64,000 nt of DNA from Nageia nagi (lineage: Eukaryota; Plantae; Pinophyta). Where the stretch lies: contig JBITNC010000002.1 in the NCBI GenBank assembly GCA_050084985.1, forward strand, positions 30,814,001 to 30,878,000, written 5' to 3'. Each line of letters begins with the position of its first letter. Positions within the stretch are counted from its first letter, which is position 1. The translations under genes were made by a program, and so were the position numbers. The notes beneath the pieces are model-generated. The model saw nothing but the letters and a program-made list of their open reading frames with translations. It was not told the origin of the DNA and ran no database searches. This document shows, in pieces, positions 24,852 through 37,499 of the stretch.

Positions 24852-25199
24852 TTCTACTACTTTTCGATGCCCTCATGCACCAATTTTTCCAGTCATTCCT
24901 ATATGAAGTTATTTACAAAATGCATTCTGTTGTGTTGACCCATACTAAATATTCCATGAGGTCTCCCACAAGTTGATTTGAGTGCCACCTTGGTGCAGTA
25001 ATTAATGCTAGCTCGCTTAGGCACTCAGTGAAATTATTTGTTATGATCTGAACCCTCGATTTAATTCATGTATCTAGGTAATTGATGTTCACCTTACGAG
25101 GATAATTTAAAGGGATAGTTTGATTTGACTTTCATTTTATCTCCATTGCTTTCCTTATGATTCGTATGGTTAATGCTTTCCTTTTTTAATTTATATTTT

Positions 25200-28100
25200 T
25201 ATTAATTTCACCCCCATCATTATTTTCATGTATCTTTGATTGGAAACTAACGGACTCCCCACCTCATTAATTCCCTCAACACTTGCTTTTAGATTCTCAA
25301 TTATTCTTATATTTGTCATTCTATATACATGCTATGCTTCATTCTTTTTGTTTTCAAAAACTCCATTATTTCTTTCTTTCCATACCTACTAGAACATATG
25401 GCGTAACGCATAGTTCCATATTGTTTTCACCTTCTTATTTTCCATCTCTTCTCCCCATTGGATTATGGCCTCATTAACTAGAGAAGATATAACCCATCTA
25501 AAATGAAGATCCTCTTTTAAGAAGTTCCATATTTTCCGCGTGAAATTTGTATTTCATGAAAAGATGTATATATGTCTCTTCCTTCTCCATGTAGAGAGTA
25601 CATCTATTTGGAATATGAAGGCCTCTTTTCCTTAAATGATCTATAGTTGATAGTTTATTGTGTGCTAATACCCACATAAAAATGTTATTTTTGGTATGAT
25701 CCCTTTTCCTCATAATTCCTAGTTTGCCTTTTGTTGGCAATTTTGTAGTAGTCTAACTGCTTCTTTCACTATATATTCTCCCTCCTTGAATCCCATCTAT
25801 TTAGGTTGATCTTATTGATTAAAGAAAGTTACTTTTTTCTCTTCCAATTCCATTCTAATCACTTTTAGTTTTCTTGCTTTGATCTCCTAAACATAATCTC
25901 TGATTTTTCCACCTTGTTGTACCATTTCCTATTTTGCCACATTCATTAACTTTTTATACTTAATTAGGCATTTTTCCCTCATCCAAGCATCTTCACAAAA
26001 GAAAGTTTTCTCTCCTTTAACAATCTCCCATCGAACATGCTTTATAATCATATGTTTGGAGCTTATTAATCTATTCCAAAAGATAGAGCCATATGGGGAT
26101 TTTCAACTTTAAGTATTGAATTATATCCTTGTAAATATTTCTCCTAACAAATTCATATCCACTCCCTTTGTTCTTCTTTAGATAGCTTATAAATAAGTTT
26201 TCCCATTAGTGCTTAGCTCATATGGGTTGTTTTCCTTAAGCCAAGGCCTCATGGCTCCTTTCTCGTACATATTTTCTTCCATGCATTTAAAGGCATTTCT
26301 TTTTCGCATATTTAAAGGACATAAAATGAAGCCTACAATTTCCCAATTTTGGTAAAAGAATCTTGTTAGGAAGCCATCTAGCCCTGGATATTTATCCTTA
26401 TCCATAAGAAATATAGCCTTCCCGATCTCTTGTTCAAAAACTTTTCTTTCTAAATCCTCATTCCTTTTTTGGTCTACCAACTTTGGAATATAAGTTAATA
26501 TATCTTTCATTTGTTTTTTACTCACCTCCTAATCAGATGTCAGTAATTTCTGGTAGAATTTTATTGCTTCATTCTTTATTTCTTATTCATCATTAGTAAT
26601 AGTTCCATCTACCTTCCTCATCTCCAATATTTTATTGAATCTTCTTCTTCTCATTGTTGTCATTTTAAAAAATACTGTATGTCTAATCACCTTCTTTTAA
26701 CCATGTTATTCTTGATTTTTGCCTCTAGTGAGTCTCCTCTTGTGTCAAAGAATTATAATATTAAGCTAAAATTTACTTTTCCTTTAGCTCAATCTCTTTA
26801 TCCCTCACTTTTTATAAAATTTTGTGATTAATTTCCTCTAATTCTTGTTTCAAATTATATTTTTTTAAACTTGGATATTATCAAATATGTTTTTGTTCCA
26901 TTGCTTTAAATTTCTTTTAACTTCTTCATGTTAAGTATGGAGCCTGACATTTAGTGAGGTGATCTTATTCAATTGATCAAGATCTTAAATGATCATTCTT
27001 ATTCAATGAAATTGGGTGGTTTAATATATATGCCAATAAATTATGGGCTAATATCCAATGTGCTGAAAATTGTGTGCTAGAACCCATAGTTTATTAATTG
27101 CAAAGATCGGATATGGAAATCTTTGATATCGAATGGATTAAATGAGGAATTGGTTGTATACAGGGCTCATCTGGTTATAAATTGATGGATTGGGTTATGA
27201 ACGATAAGAGCATAGTGTGAGAGCCACATGAAAGTCATCTAATAGAGCTGAGAGCCATGGTGATTGGTGTAGCCAGTGGAGGTGAAGATACCATGATTGT
27301 TGGGTGTTGCACGATGCCTATAAGGTCAATCAAGGTTTAGTGGTTGGGTGAGATGATCAATGGTTTTGTGAGAGGAAGGGAATCATAATGTTTGCTACGG
27401 TTGTAATCCCTCACATGTATCATATTGGTATCTTGAGAGGCAATAATGCTCGAGTGTAAGGGGAATGATGGAGGATGTAATTCTAGTGTGTGGTAATACT
27501 TGTGATAACATTATGGAAGGATGTCCATGGAGGCATTCTTGTGATGTATTCCTCCAAAGAGAAGATGAGAGGAATTGATTGTAATCACGGTGGAGTGATT
27601 ATGTTGTGGGTGAAGAAGAAAGCCATGTTTGAGAAGCCTGATAGGAGATGAAGAGATGGTGTTACAACAAGAAAGCTATTTGATTCTTCCTTCATGTATT
27701 TGTAATTATCTGAATAATGGAATTATTGTATTGGTGTTTCTTCGGGGATGTAGCTCAACGAGATGTTGAGTGAACCTCATTATATAGTGGTGTTCTTATC
27801 TTGCATGTTTAAGTTTGCTTCTATTACTCATGTATTCTTGCTCATGATAAGATTGTTAAGGTTTATTGAGAAATAAAAGAACCAAACACTTCCAATTTGT
27901 TTTCCTATCTATACATAGTTGTTCCTTTTATTTATTTTTTCCATCATTATGTTAAACTTTGTTTAAAATCAAAATGGCTTATCTACATATACTCAAACTT
28001 GAAAGGTTACCTTTTATTTTAAAGAGCTTTCAGAATAAGTTGTAAAGGTCTATGTTTTGATGCCATCCTAGGTAATGAAAATAGTTCACTATTTTGAAAT

Positions 28101-28335
28101 TATTCTATCAGTTCTAGATTTGCAAGAAATATGTCTAGTCTTCTTTGGATTAGAAATGTTCCACATCTTCTATTTGACCATGTGAATTTATGACTTTTCA
28201 TGTTCATATGTATCAATCTTCTAGAATTAAGGAACATTCTCAAGTCCTCCATACTTATTGATAAGCTTGTGCTTCCTCCCATTTTATCCTCTAGATTAAG
28301 AGGTGAGTTTAAATCTCCCCCTAATAGCCAATGGT
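25200..28335 (-). pseudogene. Decayed LINE ORF2 (endonuclease, truncated RT, zf-RVT)
   Basis: ORFs 28100-28342, 26187-26525 and 25498-25740 carry the motifs listed above. Confidence 0.85.
26929..27888. mobile_element. Solo LTR (960 bp) inserted in LINE copy 2
   Basis: TGTT...AACA ends; TSD CTTCA/CTTCC; removing it restores LINE ORF2 reading NKLEEVKRNLKQWNKNIFDNI. Confidence 0.85.
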
Positions 28336-28369
28336 TCATCAAGAAACTTTTTTTGATGATATACTATTT

Positions 28370-29045
28370 TCTCCTAATCATTTTAGTTCATGAAATTAAA
28401 TTTGCATCATGCATCATTTCAAACAATTATTGGGCCTTGTGTGTTCTTCTACATCTTGCATACATGTATTTTGCATGCAAGTAGAACATAAACAAAGGTT
28501 ATGTTATCACAATTGGATCCCAAGTGTTTCATTAGATCAAATATTTTAAGTGCATATATCCTAATAATTTTATTCCATGAAATTTTATTTGCATCATGCA
28601 TCTTTTCAAATAATTATTGGGCCTTATGTTTTCTTCCATATTTTGCATACTTATTTTATGCATGCAAGTAGAACACATACAAAGGTTATGTTGTTATAGT
28701 TGGGTCCCAAGTGCTTCATTATATCAAAGAGTTTAAGTGCACATCTTCTAATTGTTTTAGTTTATGAAATTCTTTTTGCATCATGCATCTTATCAAATAA
28801 TTCTTGGACCTTGTGTTATCTTCCATATTTTGCACATATGTATTCTACATGCATGTAGAACACATACAAATGTTATGTTGTTACAATCGGTTCCCAAGTG
28901 CTTCATTAGATCAAAGATTTTAGGATCATTCTTTTTATCATTTTAGTCCATGAAATTGTATTTGTAACATGCATCTTGTCAAACCATTCTTGGGCCTCAT
29001 GTGTATAACTCAAATTTTGCATACATGCATGTTGCATGCAAGTAT
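28370..29045 (-). repeat. Tandem array of ~187-bp PPR-derived units (about 3.6 copies)
   Basis: Equivalent positions at 28404, 28591, 28778 and 28964. Minus-strand fragments MYARCRRTHKAQ*LFEMMHDANLIS*TKMI and ALKIFDLMKHLGSNCDNITFVYVLLAC are PLS-class PPR motifs. Confidence 0.8.
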
Positions 29046-29985
29046 CACGATTATTTAGTGGTTTCAAATTCTATTACATTCATTCTTGGAGCACTTTGGA
29101 TGAAGAGATAACTTATTACCTCTTCAAATATACATCACCACTTACTTTATAGTCTTTTGCTTGAATAAATGCTATATTATTGATAGATGATCTGTTTTAT
29201 CAATACATTGGTGGAAGGAAATATTCATTTGCTTCTATATGTGGTTTAGCTCATGGTTGTGGTCTTCACACTATAATGTTTGGTATTTATGTATTGATTT
29301 TAGGTCATACATATTTAGTATATAATGAACATATTAAGATTCAATCTCGTCTACTTATTACAAGATAACCAATAGTTTCAATATTGTAGTCCTGATGGAG
29401 ATTAGCATGCTCATAAGGTGGTCAGGAGGTTATACTTCTATTACAACATTGGTATTTGTAGTCATCTTGGGGGGGGGGGGGGAAGGTTTTGGAAGCATTG
29501 CATATTGAATCTCCATAGGAGGACAAATCATGTGGACCTTTAGTTACCAAATATTTTAGAATTGCTAAAGGATAAACCATCCAAAAGGTATTCAAGAGAG
29601 AAATATTTGAAGGAAGGGAGGACTAAAGGTGTTAAAATAGCATGCTAATTCTCATGGATATGGATTGGTAAACGAAGAGATGAGAAAAGAGAAAGTGACA
29701 TAGTTTGTAGATATGTTACAAGAAACAAAGGAACAAATCATGTTACAAATGGAAATATATGAAAATGGAGAAAACAAAATATAAGGGGAAACTAACCAAA
29801 ATGCAACATCTTTTGGAAGATGAAGGAAATGATGCTTTAATTTTTTTTCTTAACTAACCCCTTGACTGTTTTCATAGTTTTGAAGTTGTTCTAACTAACC
29901 CCATGAATGTTTTCATAATAGGAGACGAGACATGGAGGAGGTGAATATGCAAGAAGTGAAGGAGATGATGCACCCCTGCTTGTAC

Positions 29986-30721
29986 CGTAGATGATAAAAT
30001 GCAATCTTAAATTGTATGAAAGGATGAAGTAATTATATCTACTTAATTGAAGTACAACGGTGTATGAATTCCTACAATCACTCAATAACTAATGGGAATA
30101 GATCAATATACTATCAATGATAGAATTAAAATAATAGGATACCTAACCTATGACATAATGGATTGATAGACGTATACCTGTTACTTACCTAGATGATGAA
30201 TATGCACTTGAAGAGATGTGAACAAACATTAGGAATTCGATCTTAGGTCTTAGAATAATATCTCACATGTAACCAAGTGCTAGCATTGGGCACAACACTG
30301 GAGCTAGGGATCTTAAATATGCAAGTTGATCATCTCTATATTGATGTTGTTCATTCTCCTTCAAGAGAGTAGCAAAGTAAAGGATGTATCTTGAGTATAG
30401 CATATTCAAATCTTGATAGATGGTATTGAAGAACATGGTAAGTTTGTGAGAGATATGCACAATCCTAACGAGATGAAATCTTAATAATCTTCCCATGCAT
30501 ATAATTCTCAATTTATAGGTTTAGGAATATACTTGAATGCACCTTTGCATGCTGATGTTGGTGGTCCAACCTACAAAATATGAGAATTATACATAAGAAG
30601 TAACATATGTAGATCAAAAGCAATATTCAAAGTATAACATAATATTGTATTGATCATAACATCATGAGGGTTATATGACATGTAGTTTGGCTCAAAAAGG
30701 GTGACAAATCATGTGTCAACA
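29986..30721 (-). repeat. Gypsy 3' LTR
   Basis: (C)GTAGATGATAAAAT...GTGTCAACA, aligns with 39886-40623. Confidence 0.85.
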
Positions 30722-31099
30722 CATTCCCCTCTTTGTAAGTTTTAATTAAGTAAATTGAAATTAATTCTTACAAAGTAAAGAAGAGAAAAAGTAACTTCTT
30801 GGTCTTATTTTGGATCTTCATAGAATCAACAATTTATTGGTGATGTATTTTACCCCATGTTTACATTGTTTCTTGATGGAGTAGCTAACAAGAAGCAATT
30901 GCAAAGAACCTATGGAAAAATAGAAATACCCTCTAAATATCATAAGAGTAATATGTGTTTCATCTTAAAAAAATAAGCAATTAAGAGTAAAGATGAAATA
31001 AATAGCTAGGATTTTTCACTACCCATAGATATACCATTAATACAAGATACATTAATGAAAGAAAATTTAAGGTGTTATTTATAACAACAATCATAATAA

Positions 31100-31440
31100 T
31101 AGTTAGTTTTAAATCAACCATCAAAGGTGATCATAAAAGTGATGTTTAATAACCCGATAAACAAAGGTGATCATAAGAAAGCATAGTGATGTTTAGTTTC
31201 GACCCAACTAACAAAGGTGATGGTTAATAACCCAACCAATAAAGATGTTCATAAAGAATATGCAGTTTCATCACAATGAACTATGTCATTATGGGTATTA
31301 TTTATCCTAGATACCGTTGAGAATCATCATAATGGAATATACCATTGTAGGTACCTTTTAACCTAGGTATCATTGGGATAGTGTGTGAATACTAGTGATG
31401 GTTAGTTATTTCCCAACCAACAAAGAATGTGAGCATAGAA
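31100..31440. repeat. Degenerate ~40-bp tandem repeats in the Gypsy 3' non-coding region
   Basis: Recurring aacaaaggtgatcataa / gtgatg(g)ttta motifs. Confidence 0.55.
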
Positions 31441-32897
31441 TGTTAGAACATAAGAAGAGATGAGCTTTCATTTCCATTAGATTTTTCTTAGGTACAAGTA
31501 TCGTAATTGAAAGAAACTTATAGCAAGCTTTTATTTCCATTAGGTATAGCAGTGATAAAGGAATGCAAATGAAAGAAATATTGGAATTTTTAAGAAGTTA
31601 GTTTACTTAAGAAACCAAAGCTTTCATTAGCATTGGATTTTTCAAAGACACAATAATCATTAATAAAAGAAACTCCATCATAGGACATGTAAGCTTCACC
31701 ACCCATATATTTATTAATAATAAAAGGAGGGTTGATGAAAGAAACATTGCAGAATATAAGATAACACTTTACTCATGATAACATTTGAGAACATAAGCAT
31801 TGAGCATTATTTGCAAATGAATAATCATAGCAGTGTACATATAAAGCAAAAAGATGTAGAATAAGTAACACTTCCTCTGTAGTTGCATGGAGGCATGCCC
31901 CTAGGTTTTTTCCTTTGGAAAATATCGCATTTACATGTTCTTTCCCCCATTGCTAGTGCTAAGAAACATATGTAACTTTAAAGCACTTTTAAGATATGAT
32001 CATATCATCTGGATTTGTAGAAAAAAATTGAAGCTACCTTTTGTGAATATGCTTAGTATTTAGAAAAATTAGATATTAAGAATACTTACTTGCTAGTGCT
32101 AACACTGCCCCCAATGCTGGTGCTAATGAACTTAAAGTTATTTTATTGAATTTTATGTTGATCACCTTGTCTTATCGTGGAGATGTCGGGAAATTATTCT
32201 TAAGGTAAATGATGGTTATTTGTTGTAAAAAATTAATGTCTCAAAGTTTGTATCCTATTTTGAGTTTTAAATAGGGGAATATATTTTTCATTTTCATTTT
32301 TCATTGTATTATGTGAGGGAGCTCTAAGGTTTTATTGGTTGAAGGTGATTTGTTGGAGATATACTTCAAATTTTTAGCTTTTGTGAGTGATTTATTACCT
32401 AATGGAGGCTATCAAGGTCCAAATTACTGAATAGGATGATCATAGGGATCATGTATTGTGGTGCAACATGGATTATTATCACATGGTGAATTCAAAATAC
32501 CTTAAATGTGTTCATTATCCCTTATTTTGTGATCTAAATGAATTTTATTTTGAATTTTATAGTTTGATTTTTGTGTAAATGTCCATGTAGGGTTAAGTAC
32601 TAGGGCTTCCATGTTTTAGGTATATTTTATCTTTATTTTGCATGAGGTATTTGTTTTAGGGGTATTTTGGTGTATAGGAGGTGTGATGAAATTTTTATGT
32701 ATGCATCATGAAGGATGTTCGACACTAGTGTTGGGGTGTGAAGTATCCCAACGCCAATGTTGGGAAAATAATGAAACTAAATTTTTATGTGGTTGTGTGA
32801 ATTATTTCTTTCTTATGTAAAATGGAAATAAATATGCAAAATAAGTTTTTTTAATGAAAATATAAGCACTTACTTGTATGTTCACTTATTGATTTAG

Positions 32898-34655
32898 GCT
32901 TGTTCATACATCGTTATACACGAGCCATGAAGTAAGAGCTCAGAAACTGCCCATACTTGGTATGAAGGCCTTGACTAAGAAGTATTGATGAACTTGAGAC
33001 ATGTCAAGGTCAGATACTTGCTTGAGTTACTCAATATAAAGATTGATAAACATATGTTGATAGCCTTGTTTGAGCATTGGTTGAACAATACTAATATGTT
33101 TCACCTTCCTACAGGTGAGATGACCATAAATCTTCAAGATGTGCATCGTATTTTGAGAGTTCTTGTGAAAGGGAATATGATGGAGATGAAGGAAAAACTA
33201 ATTCCTATGGATAAGGCTAATAATGTAAAATGACTAACTGGCTCAAGGGAGTACCATGTTGGTAAAAAAGGATCCTATATTCATAAAGTAATTTGTGGAA
33301 TACCTCCAATAAAAAGGCATCCTATAATTATAGTGGCTACATGTATTGCAATCATAATCTACCCAAATAAGAACCATGAAGTGTTTCTACTAGGTGTGGT
33401 TCATATTGTGAAGAATATGGTTCATGGATACATGTTTGAATGGTTTCCATTTATAGTAGCTCAAATTTATCATAATTTGAAGAACTTTATATTACTTCTC
33501 AAGAATGGGTGAAGTATAACTTATACATATGTACTTCGGTGTTGGGCACTTGATCATATAGTCTTATAAATATCCTGAGATACCTATAGATGTAGAGGAT
33601 GACACATTAACAAAATGGAGTAGATGGGTTGTTGTAAGGTGGGTGAGTAGGGTACATGATACTAAAGAAATTGCATAAGGCAATTAATAATTTGATAAAG
33701 GATGATGTAATCTATCACCCCTATGTAGGTGTAAGATGGTAGGAGAGTGCTTATGAGTTGAGTTGGCAGAACACCATGTTACCTTTAAATAAGAAAAGCA
33801 TTTATGGATCCCTATAGACCTAAAAAGGTACAACTATAATTTATGCAGGGACAAAAGGTACCTCCTTATCGATCAATCATTCACATGATACTAAGGAATA
33901 CAATGAATCCTTTTGAGGTTGAGATGGTACCAAGGTGGACTAGCAATTGGTCCATTCCATAGGTTGACAAGCTGGGTGATGAGAAAGAAGAGGATAACAT
34001 AGCGAAGCATAAGGACATCTACAAGGCATGATGGAACACATACAAACCACTTCCTCTCTGAATATATGGCGATAAGGAGATAGAGGTAACAATAAAGGGT
34101 GAGGCTAAAGAAGAGAATGATGATGAAGAGGAGGACCCTAAGGACCTAGGTGGAGAGGAGGAGTATGAGGAGAAGGATGCCCCTTATGTGACACATGTCA
34201 AGCACCCATGGATGGTGTGGAGGGTGCAAAATTCTTAACAGACATTCCCCATGATGTCCATATGGATCATAGTGTTGAGCTTGATAATCTTCTTATCTTT
34301 TTTCTTGCAAAATGTTAGCCTAGAAAAACACACAAATACACACACACACACACATGCTCTTATTGTATTAATATAATATGTGATTTTGTACTTTATGTAC
34401 ATAGCTAATGTGAAGGAGCAACTCAACGTTTTGAAAGAAAAGTGTGCCACTCAAGATACAAAATTGATTGAGGTATTTGAGAAACTAGTGGCCCAAAATG
34501 AGATAATTAGGGACATGGATGAAGAAATAGCTAGCCTACAACAAATTGAGGTCCAAAAGCAAGTGGTACAAGATATGATAACCACCCTAGACATTGAAAA
34601 GAGAAGTGGTATACTAGGCATGTTACAGGAGATCCATAAATATGAAAAAGACAAG
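32898..34655 (+). pseudogene. Aminotransferase-like plant mobile domain (PMD) gene remnant, antisense within the Gypsy element
   Basis: DKHMLIALFEHWLNNTNMFHLPTGEMTINLQDVHRILRVLVKG matches the PMD signature AL.ERW...T.TFHLP.GEMTITL.DV..ILG. Followed by an acidic tract (~34080-34180) and a coiled-coil segment (34397-34655) flanked by candidate AG/GT sites. Confidence 0.75.
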
Positions 34656-35069
34656 TAAGAGCTTGTTGTACATAATGTATACCTAGAGAATCAAATGACT
34701 GTATTAGAACATGACACAAGTGTAAGATGCCCAAGTATCTTTGGGAATGTATTTAGGTTTAAGACTAGTGGGAGCAAGAAGAGAGCTCATACTGAATAGA
34801 GTGTGAATGAGGGTAAAAGCTCCTAGACACACATATTGTAATCTTGTTATCACTTTATTAATGAAATACGTTCTTTTTATGATTCCAAAATTTGTGTTAT
34901 ATGCATGCTAAAGTTTTTTTTTATGTTTTTGATATTTTTTGAATATTTTTATAACATTTTTTCAATATAAATGAAATGAAAATGTAAAAATATATAAAAA
35001 TACAAGTAATGCACCCTAATGCTAGCGTTGGAGAGACAAAGTATAAATGCTCTTAATGACATGACTTGT

Positions 35070-37004
35070 ATGATGCTAGATGTCTACTGAAAAAATAAGT
35101 GTGGAATTAACACCAAAATCCCAAATTACATTATGAAATGATAAGCATATATAGAAGAGAGGGATACACAACTCCTTCAAAAAGAGCTATAATAATAAAC
35201 AACTTCTTAACAACCTAATTAGTCTTTGACTAACTTATGACATGTGGAATTTCTTCCACTTACATAGAAATATAAACTATTTTTGTCACCTACACATTTA
35301 ATACCTAAATATAATAGCTAACCTTAATCCCTAAGGATTATTTCCAACATTCTCACATTTAATCCGAAAGGGATTAAGAAATAAAAATACAAAGATGCCT
35401 CAAGGTGTGTAGAACATTTTCATCAAAAAAATAATCTTAAAAAAATAGATATTATGCCTCACACATATAACATGTTCACACAAGATGTGATTGCCACACT
35501 CACACCATGAGGTCCATCTTATGAAGTAGTCTTCAAAAAATCAAACAATAACTATATCAAGGTGACAACCATCTCTTCCACCACACATGTGAAATTTCTA
35601 TCTCTATCATTCCTCTTAACATTTGCATCTTCTTCTATCCTTTTTTCAAATACAACCATCTTCATAAAATAGTTGTAACATCTTTTTAATATGAAAACTA
35701 TGATCAATTTCCAACATCATCAATAATATCATCAAATAAAAATATAACATTGACTTCTTCATAGCATGTACACATGTGTACATCACAATAGTCATAACAC
35801 TCCACCATGATGTGTACATCACAATAGTCATAACACTCCACCATGATGGGATCATGTTGGTAGTTGGAAGAGGTGTTGATAGATCCATACAATCAACACT
35901 AAGTGCAAGTGCACAAGCTCGATGCCAAGCATCACACACATGATGTTGGTTTCCATAACATGCATCACATGTAGTATATTTGGAATTAAAAAACTTTGAT
36001 GCCTTCATTTCATTAAACAAAAATGTAGATCTGCATATACAATCATAGTCATGTGGGAGTTATAGACTTTGATGCCACACATTCTCTTCACAAAACATTC
36101 ATGCTTTGCAACTGAAATCATACTTTAGCATGCATGTGGCCCTATATAACCAATAATCTTTATAAAAAGAAACATTATCAGGCACAAGTAGGGTTTCAAA
36201 AATAAATGTCAGTTCCTTCAAACATATGTAGGGTTAGGATGATGTTGGGATGTTAGGTGTTCAATGATTGGAATACAATCTTTAATTGCATATACGACTC
36301 TCCTAACTATGTTCACAAAATGGATAGGGCCTTTAAATGGCATAGGTCATGGGGGATCCTTCTATCACTTGGATCCCTCATGATCCATTTCACAATCCAC
36401 CTGAATGCCTCTTGAGCCTTTGGCTCCTTGGTGCCTTTTATGGCATCCTATCGCATTCTTACCAATCACATAGATATCTCTCTCATGAATCCCCATCCTT
36501 AGGAATCCATTCTCCATATAAGATTATTATTTTCATAGAAGCAGATAAAAATTGTACAAAAAATAATACTAAAAGCACAAAATATTTCAAAGATTAATCA
36601 CCATAAACCTTAACATACAACAAAAATTTTGAAGTCTCATTTCTTCTTAATGTAAGCTTCAAAATAAGCCTTCCAATATATCAAATTGACCAGAACAAAA
36701 ATGGGTATTCATAACTCCAAAATTCCAAATTACATTATGAAATGATAAGCAAATATAGAAGAAACAAATATATAACTTCTTCAACAAAACCTCTAATAAC
36801 AAACAACTCCTTAGCTACACTCATTGACTAACTTATGACAAGTGGAATTTCTTCCACTTACAACATAAAAATATAAACTATGTTTATCACCTACATATTT
36901 AATTCTTCCACTTACAACATAAAAATATAAACTATGTTTATCACCTACATATTTAATTCCTAAATCTAATAATTAACCTTAATCCCTAAGGATTATTTCC
37001 AACA
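35070..37004 (-). mobile_element. Nested small non-coding LTR element (TRIM/LARD-like) with ~280-bp terminal direct repeats
   Basis: aattacattatgaaatgataagca...ttaatccctaaggattatttccaaca at ~35100-35349 and ~36700-37004; no clear TSD; left boundary approximate. Confidence 0.6.
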
Positions 37005-37499
37005 ATGAGAACAAATGCAAAAAAAATTAAGATAGATTTTTCATGACTATCCTAATTTGATGCATTTTTATGAGAAAAATGAAAGTTGATTTTATAATAC
37101 AAGAGTTACTTTTTGAAGCTATTTTTTGATACATGATGTTGCCTAGCTTTTTGAGGATGCAATGACCTTATATGACTAGCGCTAGGGCCATAAACAATGT
37201 TGGTACTAGGATGTGTATGCAAGATTGACTCTATTTTTTGGTTTTTTATTTTTATGAATGCATAAAATACAAAAATAATGAAATAAAGGAAAAAACTAAT
37301 ACAAGTGAAAACCATAATGCTTGCAAGGAAGCATACCTTTTTTGTGTGCCTTTTTGAAGCCTTTAATGAAATTCATCAATGTATCTGAATGCTTTACCTT
37401 GAGAAATTGAGGAAAGGGATTTTTGTAGAACCCCAATTTTTTATTTTGCTAATGCTTAGGCCCATTTATCTTTACTTTATATTTGTTTATAGGAGGGAA

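Larger units (their letters stand above)
23235..28335 (-). mobile_element. L1-type LINE copy 2: 5'-truncated in the endonuclease, RT core deleted, carries an extra 3' ORF, interrupted by a solo LTR
   Basis: EN (WLLGGDLN...FTWSNRR...RRLDIFL, 28100-28342), RT start (PGLDGF...NWEIVG), zf-RVT (PNRCTLYMEKEETYIHLF), A-rich tail at ~23235. Degenerate TSD tcatctagagaacttttt (23217-23234) / tcatcaagaaacttttt (28336-28352). Confidence 0.85.

Noticed and set aside
35646-36020. 124-aa Cys/His-rich ORF
   Set aside because: Low-complexity product lengthened by a 36-bp duplication inside a decayed element.
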